Origin: a virus
Taxonomy: Duplodnaviria > Heunggongvirae > Uroviricota > Caudoviricetes
Reading direction: 5' to 3' (one strand)
Virus record (IMG/VR): IMGVR_UViG_3300021387_001477
Length of the DNA: 15,515 bases
The position numbers and the translations under genes were made by a program. This document shows, piece by piece, positions 7,775 through 14,859 of the stretch. Below the pieces are notes generated by a model. It had not been told where the DNA came from. It worked only from the letters and a program-made list of their open reading frames with translations, and ran no database searches. How positions within the stretch are numbered: the first letter of the stretch is position 1; each line of letters opens with the position of its first letter.

Positions 7775-8453
7775 TTCAATCCCTAGAATTCAAGATGATG
7801 GTACTCTGAAAGGAGAGACTGTCTGGGGATTCAATAAACTAGATGGTCAGAACTTCTGTGCCACTTTTAGACCAAAAGCAAATGGTTTTGTATCATTTGG
7901 ATCAAGAACTAGACAGGTAGATGAAAATAGTGATAGTGAACTAGCAAATGCAGTAACTTGGTTTAAGACACATAAACTGGATGAAAAACTTATCAAAATC
8001 ATCAAAGAAAACTGGAAGAAAGGTGATGTGTTCCAAGGCATTGACGAAATAACATTCTTCTTTGAATGGTATGGTCCAAATTCATTTGCAGGAAAACATG
8101 ATTCCTGGGATTATACCAATGGTTATATGCATCTGGCATTGATTGATGTGTTCCTTAAAAAGAAGGGATATATGGAACCAAAAGAATTCTATAACCTTTT
8201 CAAAGACAGTGGTATAGAAATTCCTGAACTCATCTATGCCGGACCTCTCAATTCCGAAATAATAGAGAAGATTCAGAATAATGATTGGACTCAACCCAAC
8301 GCTGAGTTCCCTAATGTAAAGGAGGGTGTTGTCTTTAAAAGGAGCACTCTTATGAAAGGACAGAGAAGACCGTCAGTCAAGGTTAAAACTAAGTGGTGGT
8401 TAGAGAAACTTCATTCTATTTATAGTGAGGAAGAATGTAAGTTATTAGAGTAA
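7761..8453 (+). CDS. ATP-dependent RNA ligase (Rnl2-like nucleotidyltransferase domain)
   Basis: Motif I KLDGQN, III FEWYG, IIIa LIDV, IV EGVVFK, V VKVK; no OB domain. Confidence 0.85.
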   Translation: MKHYDSIPRIQDDGTLKGETVWGFNKLDGQNFCATFRPKANGFVSFGSRTRQVDENSDSELANAVTWFKTHKLDEKLIKIIKENWKKGDVFQGIDEITFFFEWYGPNSFAGKHDSWDYTNGYMHLALIDVFLKKKGYMEPKEFYNLFKDSGIEIPELIYAGPLNSEIIEKIQNNDWTQPNAEFPNVKEGVVFKRSTLMKGQRRPSVKVKTKWWLEKLHSIYSEEECKLLE

Positions 8454-8458
8454 GATGA

Positions 8459-8500
8459 TAAAAAAAAAGAAGAGAGCTATGAACTCTCTTTTATGTTTTC
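8459..8500. terminator. Bidirectional terminator
   Basis: A-run, AAGAGAG(8470-8476)-CTATGAA-CTCTCTT(8484-8490), T-rich tail; convergent genes. Confidence 0.8.
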
Positions 8501-8734
8501 TTCTATTATTTCCCGAGCCAGTCTTTTCATAATGGCTCTTCGTCTGTGATTTTCAACCTTTCTATATCCCTTATTTCTATCAGATTTATAATCTCTCCGG
8601 TCGATAAGGCCACGAACATCTTTTACTAATCCACAATTTGTACCTTTAAATTCTCGTAAAAGAGTATTGTGGTGGCCTCTTTCTCCGTTATGAAGTAGAC
8701 GGGATGTATATTTACGCTTTTTTGTTTTTCCCAT
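8477..8734 (-). CDS. Highly basic small protein, putatively nucleic-acid binding
   Basis: 85 aa, very K/R/H rich. Confidence 0.75.
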   Translation of the reverse strand: MGKTKKRKYTSRLLHNGERGHHNTLLREFKGTNCGLVKDVRGLIDRRDYKSDRNKGYRKVENHRRRAIMKRLAREIIEENIKESS

Positions 8735-8864
8735 TTTTTAGATCCTCTGGAAGATTATAATTTCCTAACCAATCCCAATAGTCAGATTCTCTTTTGGCAG
8801 AACTTATAAGGAGAACTATCCAAATAATTAATAAAACTATTGCACCTATAATATATTCTAACAT
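8712..8864 (-). CDS. Small single-TM protein, 50 aa (MLEYIIGAIVLLIIWIVLLISSAKRESDYWDWLGNYNLPEDLKNGKNKKA), not in track
   Basis: Hand translation; clear TM helix; ATG 2 nt after motif; overlaps the 8734 start. Confidence 0.75.
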   Translation of the reverse strand: MLEYIIGAIVLLIIWIVLLISSAKRESDYWDWLGNYNLPEDLKNGKNKKA

Positions 8865-8866
8865 AT

Positions 8867-8876
8867 CACTTATAAG
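8867..8876 (-). promoter_or_regulatory. Putative promoter motif variant CTTATAAGTG
   Basis: 2 nt before ATG 8864; back-to-back with 8886-8895. Confidence 0.6.
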
Positions 8877-8885
8877 GGTTTAATT

Positions 8886-8895
8886 CTTATTTATG
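8886..8895 (+). promoter_or_regulatory. Putative promoter motif CTTATTTATG
   Basis: 1 nt before ATG 8897. Confidence 0.65.
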
Positions 8896-8896
8896 T

Positions 8897-9268
8897 ATGA
8901 CAGCAACAATTAGATTTTTTAAAGAAGATAATAAATGGTATGCTGATATTCTTGGCCACTCTCTTGATGAAAATGAGATGGTCATGGGATCAGATATGTT
9001 TCTTGATGCTATTAGTTTAGGCATGAACCAAGTTTTTATTAAGGTATCAGATGAGGAGTCAGAACATCACATAGCCCATTTTCATATGAAGAGTCACGAT
9101 GATGAGGGTGCATATTATACAATTACGGGTGAATTATACAATAAATATGCTGAGATGCTTATAAATTTATATTCAGACTTTAATCAAGAAATTTGGATAT
9201 GTAATGTAACTCATGATATTTTTGGAGAGCATCCGAAAGACATTTATATAATTGGATATCAGATATGA
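8897..9268 (+). CDS. DUF6717-like protein
   Basis: FFKEDNKWYADI...EMVMGSDMFLD...GAYY...IWICNVTHDIFGEHP (family recalled from memory). Confidence 0.65.
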   Translation: MTATIRFFKEDNKWYADILGHSLDENEMVMGSDMFLDAISLGMNQVFIKVSDEESEHHIAHFHMKSHDDEGAYYTITGELYNKYAEMLINLYSDFNQEIWICNVTHDIFGEHPKDIYIIGYQI

Positions 9269-9297
9269 AATAATATGCTTTAGGGTGTGAAAATGAA

Positions 9298-9337
9298 TAA
9301 AAAAAAGAAGAGGAAATTTAATCCTCTTCAATTTTTT
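9298..9337. terminator. Bidirectional terminator
   Basis: GAAGAGGA(9307-9314)-loop-TCCTCTTC(9322-9329) with A-run and T-run flanks. Confidence 0.8.
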
Positions 9338-9608
9338 GTTTCTGAGTTAATAGTCCGCCACCGTATTGTTTTCTATTTCCCCAATATCTTTTTACCAGAC
9401 CATCATTTGGAATATCAAGTTGCGTATTCTTATCTACACATATAACACCATCATGATATAATTCACCATTCCATATCAGGCAGTCAATAATTAGATATCC
9501 CTCCTCAAGTTCCTTCCAGAATATTCCACAAACACTATATGGAATGCCCTTAGAGTTTTTATATGGTACATCTGAGGGGTGCCAATATACTACATCACCC
9601 TCTTTCAT
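9318..9608 (-). CDS. Hypothetical protein
   Basis: Track ORF 9318-9641; ATG 9608 (MKEGDVV) gives a shorter overlap and is the more likely start. Confidence 0.7.
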   Translation of the reverse strand: MKEGDVVYWHPSDVPYKNSKGIPYSVCGIFWKELEEGYLIIDCLIWNGELYHDGVICVDKNTQLDIPNDGLVKRYWGNRKQYGGGLLTQKQKIEED

Positions 9609-9981
9609 ACTCACCTCCAAGTGGGAAATTAAATCCGTCAAGTGTTTTTACAATCCAGGTTCCAGGTTTTATGTTCCAATGTCCATCTCCCGAAAATATC
9701 TTAAAAATATTTCCATGAGTCTTTACATACTCTTCATAATCTTCCCAGGAGTTAAACCATAGATTGAATTTTTCATATCGTCCGGTAAATTCGATTACTT
9801 CTTTGAGATTATCCCCGGTCCATTGAATGGCAGGGAGAAAAGTTACACCAGAGGAGAATTCAACGACCTCCTCTTTTGGAATACATACAGTATTTCCATT
9901 ATCATCTTCGCTTAGATAGAATTGATCTGTTTCACCACAAACCTCTATCATTTTTCCGGTTTTTCTTAAAAATGCTACCAT
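9595..9981 (-). CDS. Conserved phage hypothetical protein (AIQWTGDN...GxWIVK family)
   Basis: AIQWTGDNLKEV and PGTWIVKTLDGFNFP motifs common in phage proteins. Confidence 0.75.
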   Translation of the reverse strand: MVAFLRKTGKMIEVCGETDQFYLSEDDNGNTVCIPKEEVVEFSSGVTFLPAIQWTGDNLKEVIEFTGRYEKFNLWFNSWEDYEEYVKTHGNIFKIFSGDGHWNIKPGTWIVKTLDGFNFPLGGEYERG

Positions 9982-10391
9982 ATACTATTTCTTTTGTTAC
10001 ATTCACTTATAGCTGCGTCAAGAGTAAAGAATACATTTGCTCCGGGGAAAGACAACGTACAGTAGGATCGTCCATCAGCACTAGGAAATTCTACTATGAA
10101 GATGGTTTCTCCCCTCTCTTCAACTCCCCTCTCATCAAACCACTCACCAGAGGAAATTTCTACTATTCTTCCAGGAGTTTTTATAGGTTTCCAATTGATT
10201 TTTACATATTCTTCAATGGTACCGGTACCTGAACAAATCGGACACGGTACATCAATGAGGTCTTCACTTATTATAGCTCCAGAGCCTAGGCAATGTCTAC
10301 ATATAGTTTTCTCTGATTTAGTCTCTTGTACTATAGCATAAACACGAAAACCATGAAAGTCTTCGTAAATATTAGTCGGGATATTTATCAT
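9975..10391 (-). CDS. Protein with DnaJ-type CxxCxGxG zinc finger
   Basis: CRHCLGSG...CPICSGTG; no J-domain HPD motif. Confidence 0.8.
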   Translation of the reverse strand: MINIPTNIYEDFHGFRVYAIVQETKSEKTICRHCLGSGAIISEDLIDVPCPICSGTGTIEEYVKINWKPIKTPGRIVEISSGEWFDERGVEERGETIFIVEFPSADGRSYCTLSFPGANVFFTLDAAISECNKRNSIW

Positions 10392-10539
10392 AATATTCCT
10401 TAGTTAATGCCTCTGCAAGAGCTATAGATAACTTTGCAGCAGCCGTATGATCGATTTCAAATATAATTCCCTTTGATGCCTCAATTATAGCTTGAATACA
10501 CGAGATTGCTGCATTTTGTCTAAATTCATCTCTTGTCAT
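10372..10539 (-). CDS. Small ORF, 55 aa (MTRDEFRQNAAISCIQAIIEASKGIIFEIDHTAAAKLSIALAEALTKEYYDKYPD), not in track
   Basis: ATGA overlap with the pth2 stop; fills the gap; helical-hairpin phage-type sequence. Confidence 0.8.
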   Translation of the reverse strand: MTRDEFRQNAAISCIQAIIEASKGIIFEIDHTAAAKLSIALAEALTKEYYDKYPD

Positions 10540-10940
10540 AAAAGTGATAGTTCTCCAGTTATTTTATCTATTTCTTCACTCTCCCAAGGACCAATACCAA
10601 GACATGTTTTAGTGGGAACTCCATGAAATTCAGTAAGACCTGCATCTATTATAAGGGCGTTTGGGATTTCTGCTTCATCGCATTTTCTTTTAATTTCCAT
10701 AAGCTCCTCTTCAGAATTTACACCAAGACATATTTTAGTAAAGATTCCGTTGAGCCAGTTGTCTAAAATTCCATCCGGAGGAAATTGTACAGAATATGTT
10801 ATATTTCCCTCAGAGTCTTTTGATTTATTGAAAAATTTTAACAATGACCCTAGAGATGCATGTGATCCTTGTGCGACCATTTTTCCCTTTCGCATCCCTA
10901 GGTCTTTTCTCATCACGATTACTTGTTTTATATTCTTCAT
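10536..10940 (-). CDS. pth2: Peptidyl-tRNA hydrolase, Pth2 family
   Basis: KQVIVMRKDLGMRKGKMVAQGSHA, KICL, IIDAGLTEF, TCLGIGP signature motifs. Confidence 0.95.
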   Translation of the reverse strand: MKNIKQVIVMRKDLGMRKGKMVAQGSHASLGSLLKFFNKSKDSEGNITYSVQFPPDGILDNWLNGIFTKICLGVNSEEELMEIKRKCDEAEIPNALIIDAGLTEFHGVPTKTCLGIGPWESEEIDKITGELSLL

Positions 10941-10942
10941 AC

Positions 10943-10952
10943 CATATATAAG
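10943..10952 (-). promoter_or_regulatory. Putative promoter motif CTTATATATG
   Basis: 2 nt before the pth2 ATG; back-to-back with 10964-10973. Confidence 0.7.
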
Positions 10953-10963
10953 TTCTTCAAGGC

Positions 10964-10973
10964 CTTATATATG
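10964..10973 (+). promoter_or_regulatory. Putative promoter motif CTTATATATG
   Basis: 17 nt before ATG 10991. Confidence 0.65.
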
Positions 10974-10990
10974 TAAAATTAAGAAAAGAA

Positions 10991-11446
10991 ATGGTGATTT
11001 TTACAATAGCAGTATTAATATTATTAGTAATAGTTTTATGCTTTTTAGTAAAAAATGATATAAAGACAATTCCAATTTTGGATGTAGATAATAATCAGCT
11101 ACTTCCAGGAAAGAGATATAAACTAGATTTCTCTCATCTTATATTTCCTGATGGAGAAATTGGTTCTCTATGTGGAAAGGTTTTATATATAATTAAAGGA
11201 AATAAATATAGAACATTTGCCTTATCAGACGGGAGAGAACTTCATTTAGAAAATGGAGATTGTATTGTGGTAGATATAAAAATAACCGTACCTGATATAA
11301 ATAAGTATCGGGCATTTATAGTATCTGAAAATGAAAACAAGATACTTAAAACGTCAGATGAAGTAACCGCAGAAGATCTGATTCTTGGCGCAGTATGTTC
11401 GAAAATACCAGGTTCTGTAATGGATAATCAATTATGGGAGAAATAG
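10991..11446 (+). CDS. Membrane-anchored hypothetical protein
   Basis: N-terminal TM segment (IFTIAVLILLVIVLCFLV) followed by a beta-rich soluble domain. Confidence 0.8.
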   Translation: MVIFTIAVLILLVIVLCFLVKNDIKTIPILDVDNNQLLPGKRYKLDFSHLIFPDGEIGSLCGKVLYIIKGNKYRTFALSDGRELHLENGDCIVVDIKITVPDINKYRAFIVSENENKILKTSDEVTAEDLILGAVCSKIPGSVMDNQLWEK

Positions 11447-12243
11447 GTTTACCATTTAAAGATATTCGAGAGTATAATTCTCAGATGTCTAAAGCTCTTG
11501 AAGATAAATTATTTTTTATCTCAGAGTTACCGATAGATAAGTATGTTTTTGTAGATTTTGGCTGTGCCGATGGAAGTCTTATAAATGAATTAAGAAGGGT
11601 CTATGGTTCAGACTCAGTCTATATCGGATATGATTCCTCCACAGCAATGATAGACATTGCTAAGAGAAACTGTGTTGTCTCTGATGGGATCTATTTTACG
11701 GAGGACTGGGGAAAAGTGAGAAAACTACTACCTGTGGTTCTTAAGACAGATTGTGTTCCAGTGCTAATCCTTTCTTCCGTTATTCATGAGGTGTATTCTT
11801 ATGGAGGAGAAAAAGATATAGAAGAATTTTGGCAAAAAGTATTATATTCTGGATTTGAGTATATCATAGTTCGTGATATGATGTGGGCTAAGGATATGGA
11901 TAGACACACCAATATTGGGATATTAAATAAAGTTTTAGCCAGACCGGAATATCAAACATATATCCAAGACTTCATTAATAGGTGGGGTGCACTGGAAAAT
12001 AATAAGAATATGGTGCACTTTCTTCTTAAATATAGATACAGAATAAATTGGACCAGAGAGGTTAATGAAAATTATTTCCCTATTTCTATTGAAGACTTCC
12101 TGGATAAGTTCAAGAGCGGTTCTTCATATAGATTAGACTATTTTGAAAAGTTTAGGGTTAAATATATAGAAGAAGCTATCTATAATGATTTTGGAGTTAT
12201 ACTAAGAGATACAACGCATATAAAAGCAATATTTAGAATATGA
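11434..12243 (+). CDS. Class I SAM-dependent methyltransferase
   Basis: Motif I VFVDFGCADG, post-I IGYDSS, ILSSVIHEV. Confidence 0.8.
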   Translation: MGEIGLPFKDIREYNSQMSKALEDKLFFISELPIDKYVFVDFGCADGSLINELRRVYGSDSVYIGYDSSTAMIDIAKRNCVVSDGIYFTEDWGKVRKLLPVVLKTDCVPVLILSSVIHEVYSYGGEKDIEEFWQKVLYSGFEYIIVRDMMWAKDMDRHTNIGILNKVLARPEYQTYIQDFINRWGALENNKNMVHFLLKYRYRINWTREVNENYFPISIEDFLDKFKSGSSYRLDYFEKFRVKYIEEAIYNDFGVILRDTTHIKAIFRI

Positions 12244-13136
12244 AAAAAGTAAGTATTATTGGTGCTGGAAATGTTGGAGCAACAGCAGCACAAGAAATCG
12301 CGAGATTAGGTATTTGTGATGAGGTAGTTCTTATTGATATCAAAGAGGGATTACCTGAAGGGAAGGCCATTGATATTATGCAGGCTTTGGGTATCCTAGG
12401 CTGTACTGAAACTAAGGTATATGGATTTACATCAGACTACGAGAAAACTAAAGACTCTGATATTATCGTTGTTACCTCTGGCGTTCCTAGAAAACCGGGC
12501 ATGACTAGAGAAGAACTGGTCGGAATTAATGCCGGAGTTGTAAAGTCAGTTGTATCAGAGACGCATAAGTATTCTCCTACGGCTATTTATATTGTAGTTT
12601 CCAATCCTATGGACACTATGACATACTTAACGATGAAACATCTTGAGAGCCTTGGGAGAGAGAATGCCAAGACCACAGTTATTGGTATGGGAGGGGCTTT
12701 GGACAGTTCCCGGCTAGACTACTATTTGTCTAAATATCTCGGCTGTGGAATGGATGAAGTTTCTGGTTATGTTCTTGGTGGACATGGAGATTCTACTATG
12801 ATTCCAGTTCTTCCGGGGGATATAGATATACCAGAGGAAGATGCTAAGAAGATAAAAGAGTCTACTATGAAGGGAGGCGCAACTTTGACCTCACTATTAG
12901 GGACTTCCGCCTGGTGTGCCCCTGCTGCAGCTATATCGAGGACAGTTAAAGCAGTTCTTGGGAATATTACCCAAGACATCAGACCTTATTCTGTATATCG
13001 TGAAGAGTACGGCTTATGTATAGGAACTCTGGTCTCTCTCGGAAATCAGGGAGTAGTAGAAATTTACCCTGAAGATGACGTAGACGGATTTATGGAGTCT
13101 GTCGAAGCAGTCAAGAAAGTTAATGATATGCTGTAA
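12240..13136 (+). CDS. mdh: NAD-dependent malate dehydrogenase (LDH-like, Bacteroidales type)
   Basis: GAGNVG Rossmann motif, IDIKEG, GVPRKPGMTREEL (Arg, the MDH specificity residue), SNPMD, LDSSR, GGHGD, GGATLTSLLGTSAW. Confidence 0.93.
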   Translation: MKKVSIIGAGNVGATAAQEIARLGICDEVVLIDIKEGLPEGKAIDIMQALGILGCTETKVYGFTSDYEKTKDSDIIVVTSGVPRKPGMTREELVGINAGVVKSVVSETHKYSPTAIYIVVSNPMDTMTYLTMKHLESLGRENAKTTVIGMGGALDSSRLDYYLSKYLGCGMDEVSGYVLGGHGDSTMIPVLPGDIDIPEEDAKKIKESTMKGGATLTSLLGTSAWCAPAAAISRTVKAVLGNITQDIRPYSVYREEYGLCIGTLVSLGNQGVVEIYPEDDVDGFMESVEAVKKVNDML

Positions 13137-13156
13137 AAGGCATATCTTTTCTTTTC

Positions 13157-13166
13157 CTTATATATG
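13157..13166 (+). promoter_or_regulatory. Putative promoter motif CTTATATATG
   Basis: 1 nt before ATG 13168. Confidence 0.7.
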
Positions 13167-13167
13167 T

Positions 13168-13524
13168 ATGGCTTTAAAATTTTTAATAGTAATAGAAAAA
13201 GATGAAATATTTAATGATAATCCAACCGGAACTTTAAGATTCGGTGATGTTAGATTTCATAGGGATCTCCTTAGTGAAAAGGACCTTGGTAAGGTATATA
13301 CACGAGGAGGTGGATCATATCTAATCAATGATGACAATGATACACTTGTTCTTTATGATGAATCTTTCGATTTTGGAGCTCCGAAGTTTGAAGAGTATGA
13401 GTGGAAAGAGCTCAAGTGCCCTAACTGGTTGGCTAAGTATAAGAGGGTGGTATATAGGCCCTCCAGATATTCAAAAACTAACGAAATTGATATAACTAAA
13501 CTATTAAAGTATGATGGACATTGA
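13168..13524 (+). CDS. Possible PHPT1/Janus-Ocnus-like (phosphohistidine phosphatase fold) protein
   Basis: FHRDLL...RGGGSYLI...LVLYDESFDFG parallels PHPT1 YHADI...GGGRI...IHVYGYSMAYG; start revised from 13123 to 13168. Confidence 0.45.
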   Translation: MALKFLIVIEKDEIFNDNPTGTLRFGDVRFHRDLLSEKDLGKVYTRGGGSYLINDDNDTLVLYDESFDFGAPKFEEYEWKELKCPNWLAKYKRVVYRPSRYSKTNEIDITKLLKYDGH

Positions 13525-13696
13525 TTATTGCAAAGGTGAAAATTGCTCCATGAAAGATCTTTGTCAGAGATATAAAGATTGTCTATGGAGAAAATCGCAT
13601 AACCAAGACACTAATTATCCCCTTTCTCCAAATCTTAAAGAAGAGGGCAAGGACGGATGTGATAGATTTTTAGCAGTACCTTTTTGTGGCGACTAA
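13511..13696 (+). CDS. Small Cys-rich phage protein, putatively metal-binding
   Basis: DIDYCKGENCSMKDLCQRY...CDRF pattern. Confidence 0.7.
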   Translation: MMDIDYCKGENCSMKDLCQRYKDCLWRKSHNQDTNYPLSPNLKEEGKDGCDRFLAVPFCGD

Positions 13697-14069
13697 GTTA
13701 CGTCTAAAGCAAGATTACTACTATCCATATCTTCAGAGAAAATTTCTGTTCTTTTGGATAGATGTTCCGGTGATAGAGGTATTTAGTGATAGTACTCTCT
13801 ATATTAGGACTGATGAGAGACTCTATCTTAAGTCTGAAGAAGAGGAAGTAGAGGTTATAGAAGATTATAAGGAATACTATAACCAGAAGTCGGAGAGATA
13901 TAAAGGATATAAAATATTGAAGTTTAAGGATGTATATTTTACACTAAGCCACCGTAATTTTCGTAGAACATTTAATGGTAGTGGTGTTATCTGGACCCAA
14001 CCCTTTAAGACTTTAGAAGATATCAAGAAGTTCATAGATATTAAGAAAGAATATCCAAGAGAATTATAA
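13686..14069 (+). CDS. Hypothetical protein
   Basis: 127-aa ORF, GTG start, ends at terminator. Confidence 0.75.
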   Translation: MATKLRLKQDYYYPYLQRKFLFFWIDVPVIEVFSDSTLYIRTDERLYLKSEEEEVEVIEDYKEYYNQKSERYKGYKILKFKDVYFTLSHRNFRRTFNGSGVIWTQPFKTLEDIKKFIDIKKEYPREL

Positions 14070-14110
14070 AAAAAGAAAGAGTAGAAATTAATCTACTCTT
14101 TTATTATTTT
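14068..14110. terminator. Bidirectional terminator
   Basis: AAAGAGTAGA(14076-14085)-AATTAA-TCTACTCTTT(14092-14101) with A/T flanks; convergent genes. Confidence 0.85.
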
Positions 14111-14614
14111 TCCAGTTTTAATTAAATCTAAGTCTTTAAATGGAGTATTTTCAATGATATTAACTCCTACCTGTTGTAATATCCACCCAAGGGAACTGAA
14201 ATTATCTTTTTCATCAAGAAGTTTCACGTCCCCCTTTCTTGGATCTAATTTGGGGAAATACAACTTATATTGTGACATATCAAATTCCATGTTTTCCCAT
14301 ACAGTATCCTTAGACCAAGAATCAAAATATTTTCCATTCCAATTTACGTTTTTACAAATTCGTAAAATGTATGGTCTATATAGGACTCCTTTAGTATTAA
14401 AATATACCCTGGTTATTACTTTATTTCTGTTTTCTATAAGAAGTTTTATTTTTTCTTCTTCATATTCACATTTATTTATTATAATAACCTTCCCCGTCAG
14501 ATACTTTATGTTTTCTGGATTTACAAATATATCACACAAATTATTTTTATCATTTATACTCTCGTCAAGATATACACATTCTATTATTGAATCTAATCCA
14601 TCTAAATATATCAT
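14093..14614 (-). CDS. Hypothetical protein, 173 aa
   Basis: ATGA-type overlap with the upstream gene; ends in the terminator. Confidence 0.8.
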   Translation of the reverse strand: MIYLDGLDSIIECVYLDESINDKNNLCDIFVNPENIKYLTGKVIIINKCEYEEEKIKLLIENRNKVITRVYFNTKGVLYRPYILRICKNVNWNGKYFDSWSKDTVWENMEFDMSQYKLYFPKLDPRKGDVKLLDEKDNFSSLGWILQQVGVNIIENTPFKDLDLIKTGKIIKE

Positions 14615-14859
14615 ACTCCAAGAGTAATTTCATCGTTAATCTCAAATTCTTTCAGGCTGCTATCTATTTTATCTACTTCTTTAAAACAGACTACAGTAAT
14701 TTCTTTGATTCCTTCATCTGGTGAGTAGGATAAGATATTTATAAGATCAGATGGTTTTATAGAGTCAATAATAGATTCTGGTAAAAGAGACCAATTTATT
14801 CTTTCTTCGGACTCTTCTTTCTTACTCACTTGGTAATAGTATCTTTTTCTTCGTTCCAT
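14611..14859 (-). CDS. Hypothetical protein
   Basis: Track ORF 14611-14898; ATG 14859 is the more likely start. Confidence 0.6.
   Translation of the reverse strand: MERRKRYYYQVSKKEESEERINWSLLPESIIDSIKPSDLINILSYSPDEGIKEITVVCFKEVDKIDSSLKEFEINDEITLGV

Noticed and set aside
8477-8734. Phage-encoded ribosomal protein bS21
   Set aside because: Basic composition only; the bS21 pattern is absent
9544-11058. Plus-strand ORFs 9544-9762, 9876-10232, 10096-10341 and 10750-11058
   Set aside because: Antisense to a well-supported coupled minus-strand operon
11434-12243. Hen1 RNA 2'-O-methyltransferase as part of the RNA repair set
   Set aside because: Lacks the Hen1 signatures (EVIEH, RHxDHxFEW); only generic class I motifs are present
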